Sequence record: PV112478.1
Length of the DNA stretch: 64,000 bases
Direction: 5' to 3' (one strand)
In this document: piece by piece, positions 58,529 to 64,000 of the stretch
Position numbering within the stretch: the first letter of the stretch is position 1
Layout: every line of letters starts with the position of its first letter
Position numbers and translations under genes: made by a program
Notes under the pieces: generated by a model
Databases searched by the model: none
What the model was told of the DNA's origin: nothing
The model's input: only the letters and a program-made list of their open reading frames with translations

Positions 58529-60493
58529 ATGTTTAATTTTGCCAAAGCCGCGTTTGGAATGGTTGAAGTAGAAGAAGCGAACGGAAAGATTAAGATCACC
58601 GCTATTCGTTCTAAGGACGCACTGAATGAAATCTATAATACCTGGCGTACCTCTCGTATCGAACAAAGTATGTTCACTAAGATTACGCCTTACAGTATCG
58701 AATTTTACAGTTTCTTCGCGGTAGAGTTTGTTTACATTCTCGATCAGATTATCGCCAAACAGGGGCGAAGTATGATTGCGAAGAAAACATTGAAACAAGT
58801 GAAAGAAGGTATTCTCACTAATACTTGGATGCGGTCTACTCAGGTAGATCACGACCCTATTTTGGATCGCAGTAAACTGAGCCTGTTTACCAAAAGCCCG
58901 CTGCGCCATCAAATGGAATTCATCGATCATTACGATACTGTTGTTCCTAAATGGCAGCTCAGCGGTTACTGTATGGCTATGAATACTGGGTCCGGGAAAA
59001 CCTTGTCTTCGTTAATGATCGCAGAAATGCTCAATGTTGATATCATTATCATGGTATCATTAAAAGCGTCTATTTATCGTGTCTGGGAAGATGCGATGCA
59101 AAATGATTACAAAAAGACGCCTGAGTACTGGGTTCAGGCACGAGATGGATCATTGCCCTCGGGAACATTACCGAAGTATTTAATCTACCATATGGAAGCC
59201 ATTGGTAAATTACTGGAAGATTCTGGGCGATTCACCGGTAAGAAAATTGCATTAATACTCGACGAATCTCACAAACTGAATGAGCTTAGTTCTCAGCGCA
59301 CTCAAGATATTTTACAATTTTGTAAGCGTATACAACCCGTTACAACGCTATGGGCTTCCGCAACACCGATCAAAGCGTATGGTTCAGAAGCTATCCCAAT
59401 GCTGGCGACGTTTGATAAGATGATGACGCTAGAGGCCATGGAAGCCTTTAAGAAACTATACGGGAAGTCAAGTAAGAAATGTTTTGACATCATACGTCAT
59501 CGTATGGGTAATGTCATGTTTAAAGTGGAAATTGTTAAAACCAACCCAATCATCGAGAATGTTCCGATCAAACTGAAAGACCCGGAAAGGTTTTTACTGT
59601 CTACGTTGAAAATGGACATGAAAGACTATATTCTGGAGCGGATTGAGTATTGGAAAAAACTTGAGCCGCAAGTTAAGTTAGGTTACTATTCTGGCGTAGA
59701 CAAATATGCTCGTACTGTTAAGACTAAAGAACAAGAAGCTCAATTAAAACAATATCGACGTTTTGTTGAGCAAATCTCTAAAACCACCGATTACCAAATG
59801 GTGAAAGAAGAGATGATGTTCTGTAATAAGTTTGAAAAGAATTTAATCGAGCCTTTGCTGCGCGGGGAAGAGTTAAAGAATTTCCGCAGTTATAAATCAG
59901 TGATCAAATATTTACCGTTAAAAGTTCGTGGTGAGTGTTTAGGTAACGTCGTAGGGAAGCGCAGAGAAGAAGTTACACTTGCTTTAATCGCGGAGTGTGA
60001 TCTTCCTAAATACATTAAAGCGGCAGAGAAGAAAACTATCATTTTTACTAGCTACGTGAAAGCGGTAGAAATGACAGAAAACTATCTGGTGTCGAAAGGA
60101 TTCAAACCTGTAACCGTTTACGGGGAAGGTGAGGATTTAACTAAACAAGTAAAACGGTTCTTTGATGACAGCGGCATCAACCCATTAATTGCAACCTATC
60201 AAAGTTTGTCTACTTCGGTTCCCTTGATCGCAGCGAACGTTATTTTAGCCATCAACGCGCCATTCCGCGATTACATCATGGAACAGGCTATCGGTCGTAT
60301 CGACCGTATTAACCAAAGCGCCCAAACCTATGTCTTTAAATTCTATTTGGAGACATCGGAACCTAACATCAGTAGTCGAACACTTGATATCTTAACCTGG
60401 TCGGAAGAACAAGTGAACCAAATACTTGGTGTGAAAGAGGAGGCGGTAGCCCTGGAAGCTTGGTCACTTGAAGCCATTCCGCAATACACGTAG
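58529..60493 (+). CDS. Superfamily 2 helicase
   Basis: Motif I MNTGSGKT, motif II ILDESH, motif III SATP, motif VI QAIGRIDR. Confidence 0.9.
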   Translation: MFNFAKAAFGMVEVEEANGKIKITAIRSKDALNEIYNTWRTSRIEQSMFTKITPYSIEFYSFFAVEFVYILDQIIAKQGRSMIAKKTLKQVKEGILTNTWMRSTQVDHDPILDRSKLSLFTKSPLRHQMEFIDHYDTVVPKWQLSGYCMAMNTGSGKTLSSLMIAEMLNVDIIIMVSLKASIYRVWEDAMQNDYKKTPEYWVQARDGSLPSGTLPKYLIYHMEAIGKLLEDSGRFTGKKIALILDESHKLNELSSQRTQDILQFCKRIQPVTTLWASATPIKAYGSEAIPMLATFDKMMTLEAMEAFKKLYGKSSKKCFDIIRHRMGNVMFKVEIVKTNPIIENVPIKLKDPERFLLSTLKMDMKDYILERIEYWKKLEPQVKLGYYSGVDKYARTVKTKEQEAQLKQYRRFVEQISKTTDYQMVKEEMMFCNKFEKNLIEPLLRGEELKNFRSYKSVIKYLPLKVRGECLGNVVGKRREEVTLALIAECDLPKYIKAAEKKTIIFTSYVKAVEMTENYLVSKGFKPVTVYGEGEDLTKQVKRFFDDSGINPLIATYQSLSTSVPLIAANVILAINAPFRDYIMEQAIGRIDRINQSAQTYVFKFYLETSEPNISSRTLDILTWSEEQVNQILGVKEEAVALEAWSLEAIPQYT

Positions 60494-60515
60494 CAAAAAA
60501 AAGAATATAGCGGAT

Positions 60516-60549
60516 AGTTTCCCTACTGCCTAGTGGCAGTAGGGAAACT
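60516..60549. terminator. Bidirectional hairpin at a convergent junction
   Basis: 15-bp stem AGTTTCCCTACTGCC-tagt-GGCAGTAGGGAAACT. Confidence 0.78.
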
Positions 60550-60553
60550 TATA

Positions 60554-60937
60554 TTAGTTTGCGTCTGTCAGATCAAGGAATTCAATTCCCATGAAAACAC
60601 AGAGAGAAGGGTCAGTGGTCGAAGAGTTAGCGTACATGACCCGTATACGCGTATCATTGAATCGTGAGACGGCCGCGGTAAACTCGATAGGGTGAATGTA
60701 TTGCTCTGGACGAACCGGGTTCTTGAACGCTTTAGGGAACGCTGGGGGAAGGTTATCAACCTGATCGTAATTCCATTCTCCCATCGCCGCGTATGTCTTG
60801 AGCATGATCGCCGCTTTTTGTTTGGCTTCCGCGACACACGGCTTAGCGTATTTAACATCAGGGGAGTTGTACCCTTCTGCTGCAAAGGAGGTGGCGGAAA
60901 TGGCGGAGAGAATCAATGCGATAAAAATGTTTTTCAT
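60554..60937 (-). CDS. Secreted / periplasmic protein
   Basis: Sec signal peptide MKNIFIALILSAISATSFA-A; two Cys in the mature chain. Confidence 0.75.
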   Translation of the reverse strand: MKNIFIALILSAISATSFAAEGYNSPDVKYAKPCVAEAKQKAAIMLKTYAAMGEWNYDQVDNLPPAFPKAFKNPVRPEQYIHPIEFTAAVSRFNDTRIRVMYANSSTTDPSLCVFMGIEFLDLTDAN

Positions 60938-60949
60938 TTTCTTTTCCTT

Positions 60950-61291
60950 TTAAATGTTTTTGACTGTGCAGTAAAACCCAGGGATGATCTCAACTTTCTC
61001 TTCGCTGCGGCTTAGATAGCTGGCGCGCATTGATTTAAAAAATAACTTTTTAAATTCACTGTGAGAAAGAATAAGATACGACATTTTATTGTCTTCATTC
61101 TCTACGTAAGGAATGAAATCAACATCGGTAATTGATTTCAAAGATTTATTGATAGATGATTTACTTTCATCGTCAATCTGGGCTTCAAGATTAATTTCAG
61201 TGAAGTAATCATTCTTTTTATTTTTAGGGGAGTTTTTGTAGGACAGTTTATAATGCCTGTCGGTTGTGATTGAACAACGTATTCTTTTCAT
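60950..61291 (-). CDS. Hypothetical protein (AT-rich)
   Basis: 113 aa, AAGG SD, K/N/S-rich. Confidence 0.6.
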   Translation of the reverse strand: MKRIRCSITTDRHYKLSYKNSPKNKKNDYFTEINLEAQIDDESKSSINKSLKSITDVDFIPYVENEDNKMSYLILSHSEFKKLFFKSMRASYLSRSEEKVEIIPGFYCTVKNI

Positions 61292-61316
61292 TTTAATACC
61301 TTATTGACAGTATTGT

Positions 61317-61853
61317 TTAAGCGTTGTACTCAATGGAGGTGATACCAAGATCTCGATAGAGACTGGCCGCTTTAAGCGCTTCAAAATACGTTAAGGTATC
61401 AAACCTTTCGCCGAGATCGTGAGCAAATTCGGTCGCAGAAGCGTAGCGCTGTGGACAGAACTCTTTGTAGAATAACCGTTGCTGTTCTGTGATATCGAAA
61501 TGACTCGCGGCACAATTACGAAGATACGGTTCGGTGAATAATTCCCGTATCGTAACTATCGCGGTTGTATTGACTCGATGTGACGGAGCTTCGCTAATGA
61601 TCGGGCTGATAAAGTAAAGTTCATTGCGGTCAAAACAGTAACTGAAACCTTTGACGCCGATGAGATTAAGGTAGTAAAGAAAGTTTTCCCAGGGTGTCTT
61701 TTCACCTGGGGTTGGTACAGACGTCGACTGGAACTTAAAGTCGTACATGTTGGTGTAATAAAAATTACATGCAGTGACGTTCTCAGATAAAAATCTTTTC
61801 GCGGCGAGTTCAACATGTTTCTTAACTTGGTCTTCTGTCAGGACAGTGTTCAT
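61317..61853 (-). CDS. Hypothetical protein
   Basis: 178 aa, GAGGT SD, TAATG overlap with the upstream stop. Confidence 0.65.
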   Translation of the reverse strand: MNTVLTEDQVKKHVELAAKRFLSENVTACNFYYTNMYDFKFQSTSVPTPGEKTPWENFLYYLNLIGVKGFSYCFDRNELYFISPIISEAPSHRVNTTAIVTIRELFTEPYLRNCAASHFDITEQQRLFYKEFCPQRYASATEFAHDLGERFDTLTYFEALKAASLYRDLGITSIEYNA

Positions 61854-62731
61854 TATTTTACCTCATTTAATTTTTTGAAATAGCTTTTTATCAGGGCGCC
61901 TTCTTCGTTCAATTCAGTTTCAGAACATAAACTTTCTTTACGGTTCCGATTACTGACCTCATTAATTCTTCGTTCGATACCCTTCTCATCGATATAATGC
62001 GGATATTTAAAATCTCGGTACCCGAATGCATCCAGTTGGCGAGCACGTTCATTAGTGATGTCTAAAGCCAATCCGATCTTTGCAAACGTTGCGCCTTTAG
62101 CTCTGGCCAGTGTAGCAAACATTCGACGTACTTTCGTAATATCTAATTTAACTATATTAGTTATTTCGCCTTTTGCTATAGCTTTCCCAACAGCAGACTT
62201 TTTATCATGATAAATCTTTTCCAATTCTTCCATCACTGTAGATTTATCGCGTAATTCTTCTTTTGTTTTGCTAAAGGTGTTTGGGGCATTATACATCGGC
62301 CAGATGGAATAATAAGCATCCTGATAACCTTTTAACAGTTTCTGGTCTTCTTTAAACTGTTCCATTGCATCGGAGAGTTGACCCTCTTCGAAATAAACAT
62401 GTACAGCAATAAGTGCAAAAAAGAGATCTTGTTTTTCTCGGTTTCTCGGGAACCTTGAATTACAGAAGAACCGCGCGCCTTTCAATGTGCGCTCTCTAAC
62501 CGCCTGAGGGCCTACGCCCAGTAATCTCCCAGTAAGTCCGTAACTGAACCCCCGCAGTCTAACGAGTAATAGATAGTACCATTCTGCTCTCCGTATTGTT
62601 ATTTGTAATTGTTTCTTATTAACCGATTCTGTCGAACATATACGTGCTAATAAAAGCTGAGTTTCGATTTCATAGAGCAATTTACTGAACTGCTTGACAA
62701 GTATTGTAACGAAATAAATTTTATCGTTCAC
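61853..62731 (-). CDS. Protein with two sigma70-region-4-like HTH motifs
   Basis: GTG start after GGAGG; RLRGFSYGLTGRLLGVGPQAVRER and RAKGATFAKIGLALDITNERARQL. Confidence 0.6.
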   Translation of the reverse strand: MNDKIYFVTILVKQFSKLLYEIETQLLLARICSTESVNKKQLQITIRRAEWYYLLLVRLRGFSYGLTGRLLGVGPQAVRERTLKGARFFCNSRFPRNREKQDLFFALIAVHVYFEEGQLSDAMEQFKEDQKLLKGYQDAYYSIWPMYNAPNTFSKTKEELRDKSTVMEELEKIYHDKKSAVGKAIAKGEITNIVKLDITKVRRMFATLARAKGATFAKIGLALDITNERARQLDAFGYRDFKYPHYIDEKGIERRINEVSNRNRKESLCSETELNEEGALIKSYFKKLNEVK

Positions 62732-62764
62732 AATTTAATCCTCCAGATTACGTTATTCCTTACA

Positions 62765-62810
62765 GTGATATATGCATAAAACCGAGTGGAGACCTAGGTC
62801 TCCACTCGGT
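62765..62810 (-). terminator. Perfect 30-bp palindrome followed by TTTTATG and ATATCAC
   Basis: ACCGAGTGGAGACCTAGGTCTCCACTCGGT (62781-62810); on the - strand continues TTTATGCATATATCAC. Confidence 0.7.
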
Positions 62811-62813
62811 AAT

Positions 62814-63086
62814 TCAGTCATCGAAACGAATTGTTGAACCTTTGACAATCCCTTTACAAACTGTCCCTGTTACAAATTTACCGGCGGGTGATAACGCTTC
62901 GAAGTGAGTGCGATAAATTTCATTTTTGGCGCAGCCTAAAGTAAAGTCATCCGAAACTTTTACTTCAGTATAGCCATTATTTTCAAGTATTCGTTTAGCC
63001 CCGTCGGTATCACGTAAACCCATAAAAGACAATGCGCCCGCACCTAGTAATAGCACACAAACAATGGTATATAAAATATTTTTCAT
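62814..63086 (-). CDS. Small membrane-anchored protein
   Basis: N-terminal TM; A.RILE..GYT...GC....Y.T.F......GTVC.G..KG.TIRF pattern with a likely disulfide. Confidence 0.75.
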   Translation of the reverse strand: MKNILYTIVCVLLLGAGALSFMGLRDTDGAKRILENNGYTEVKVSDDFTLGCAKNEIYRTHFEALSPAGKFVTGTVCKGIVKGSTIRFDD

Positions 63087-63596
63087 TATTTTCTCTCAAG
63101 AAAAGGTTTAACTACAGAAAGTCTTTCTTCTTCTGTTAGTTCGTCTAAATCACGACTAGTCGACCCTCTGCGGAAGTTACGACTAAACTTCTCACCTGCT
63201 TTATCATCGTCCCCCAAACAAACAAATTCGTAAGGGAGTAATAATAGTTGTTGTTTCAGTTGAGGGGAAAGGTCAGAACCTAATGCGCTCCAGCTATTTA
63301 AGTCCAGGACATGAAGACTGGCTGATTTAAAGACAGACTCCGTTAAGAATACGGGACCGGGTTTCAGTTCTAATTTCTAAACCAAAAACACCAACATTAC
63401 CAAGAAGTCTCGTGAAATAACGGGCTTCTTTAGGGTTCTTTGTTTTCTTAGGGGCATCGGGTGTATAAACCTGATAACCGCGCAGTTTATAGTCGAAACC
63501 AAACAAAGGTACGGTAAGACTGGTTTCTGTTAACCAATTAGTCGGGTAGCGGTTTACGTCGTAATGACGTTCGAGCAAGTGTTCGGTTAAGTTCAT
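63086..63596 (-). pseudogene. Toprim-domain (primase-like) gene split by a frameshift at ~63368-63380
   Basis: Track ORF 63327..63596 continues in the +1 frame as LKPGPVFLTESVFKS...VCLGDDDKAG...PFLERK*, with its stop overlapping the next ATG. Confidence 0.7.
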
Positions 63597-63714
63597 GACT
63601 TGGTCTCTCTTTTATCTTGAGCTGAGTATTTTCATACGGGTTTGCAGTAACTGCGGAAAACAGATTTAATCTTTGCATCCCGATAAAAATAGTAAGTGTG
63701 TTCTTAGCGAACAT
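63538..63714 (-). CDS. Possible small ORF (58 aa)
   Basis: Strong AAAGGAGG SD before ATG 63714, but the ORF overlaps the next gene by 59 nt. Confidence 0.3.
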   Translation of the reverse strand: MFAKNTLTIFIGMQRLNLFSAVTANPYENTQLKIKERPSHELNRTLARTSLRRKPLPD

Positions 63715-63892
63715 AATTCCTCCTTTGGTTTAATTCTGTTCTGGTCGGTTTTTCAGCATCGATAGGTTCTAGCCAAAAATGTTTACATTCCCTACATTCC
63801 CAAGTTATTTCATTGTCGTCCTCATCGTATACTTGAGAACAGTGCATAGCTTGGCACATAGGGCAATCCATCCCGGTCCACTGGAACGTCAT
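63704..63892 (-). CDS. Small zinc-ribbon protein
   Basis: CPMC...CREC; ATG 63892 overlaps the upstream TGA (ATGA). Confidence 0.7.
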   Translation of the reverse strand: MTFQWTGMDCPMCQAMHCSQVYDEDDNEITWECRECKHFWLEPIDAEKPTRTELNQRRNYVR

Positions 63893-63999
63893 GGTTTTAC
63901 ACACATGTATTTGGTTTGTTCCAGAAAACCCTGCGACTCATAGAATTTCTGGGCATTTACGTTAGAGACGTGGACAGAGAGACTAACTTGGTCAACTGA
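63889..63999 (-). CDS. GNAT acetyltransferase C-terminus (partial, runs off the window)
   Basis: Translated by hand: SVDQVSLSVHVSNVNAQKFYESQGFLEQTKYMCVKP*, containing GNAT motif B (N..A..FY...GF). Confidence 0.7.
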   Translation of the reverse strand, partial: SVDQVSLSVHVSNVNAQKFYESQGFLEQTKYMCVKP

Positions 64000-64000
64000 G

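Noticed and set aside
63704-64000. Apparent in-frame GNAT-zinc ribbon fusion
   Set aside because: Rechecking shows the GNAT frame ends YMCVKP-TGA at 63889; the zinc-ribbon gene starts in another frame through an ATGA overlap.
1-64000. CRISPR array, tRNA, rRNA, IS elements, chimallin or PhuZ genes
   Set aside because: No regularly spaced direct repeats, cloverleaf-sized gaps, transposase motifs or tubulin signature found by eye; a tRNAscan or HMM search would be needed to exclude them fully.

Overview
This 64-kb window is part of a phiKZ-like (Chimalliviridae-type) jumbo myophage genome. The gene order DnaB helicase - major capsid - non-virion RNAP beta fragment - portal, and split DNA polymerase - virion RNAP beta' fragment, matches that group as I recall it, most likely an SPN3US/Erwinia-type enterobacterial phage (inference, not searched). 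It contains a repeat tail fibre, an Rz/Rz1-like spanin pair, a holin candidate, dTMP kinase, RuvC, baseplate/neck/tube-like proteins, portal, major capsid protein, an array of inner-head paralogs with (S/A)xE protease sites, an SF2 helicase, and an AT-rich cluster of small early-type genes at the right end. I saw no rRNA, tRNA, CRISPR array, IS or intein. The strongest novel-looking signal is a candidate programmed -1 ribosomal frameshift (G GGT TTT TTT, 56268-56277) that would fuse a T4 gp26-like protein to a gp51/gpT-like domain; I checked both frames by hand. Other leads are an M48-like HExxH head protein, a tandem sigma70-region-4-like HTH protein, a frameshifted Toprim gene, an RGG-rich disordered protein, and recurrent hairpin+TATG intergenic modules. 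All family assignments come from motif recognition; no database search was run.
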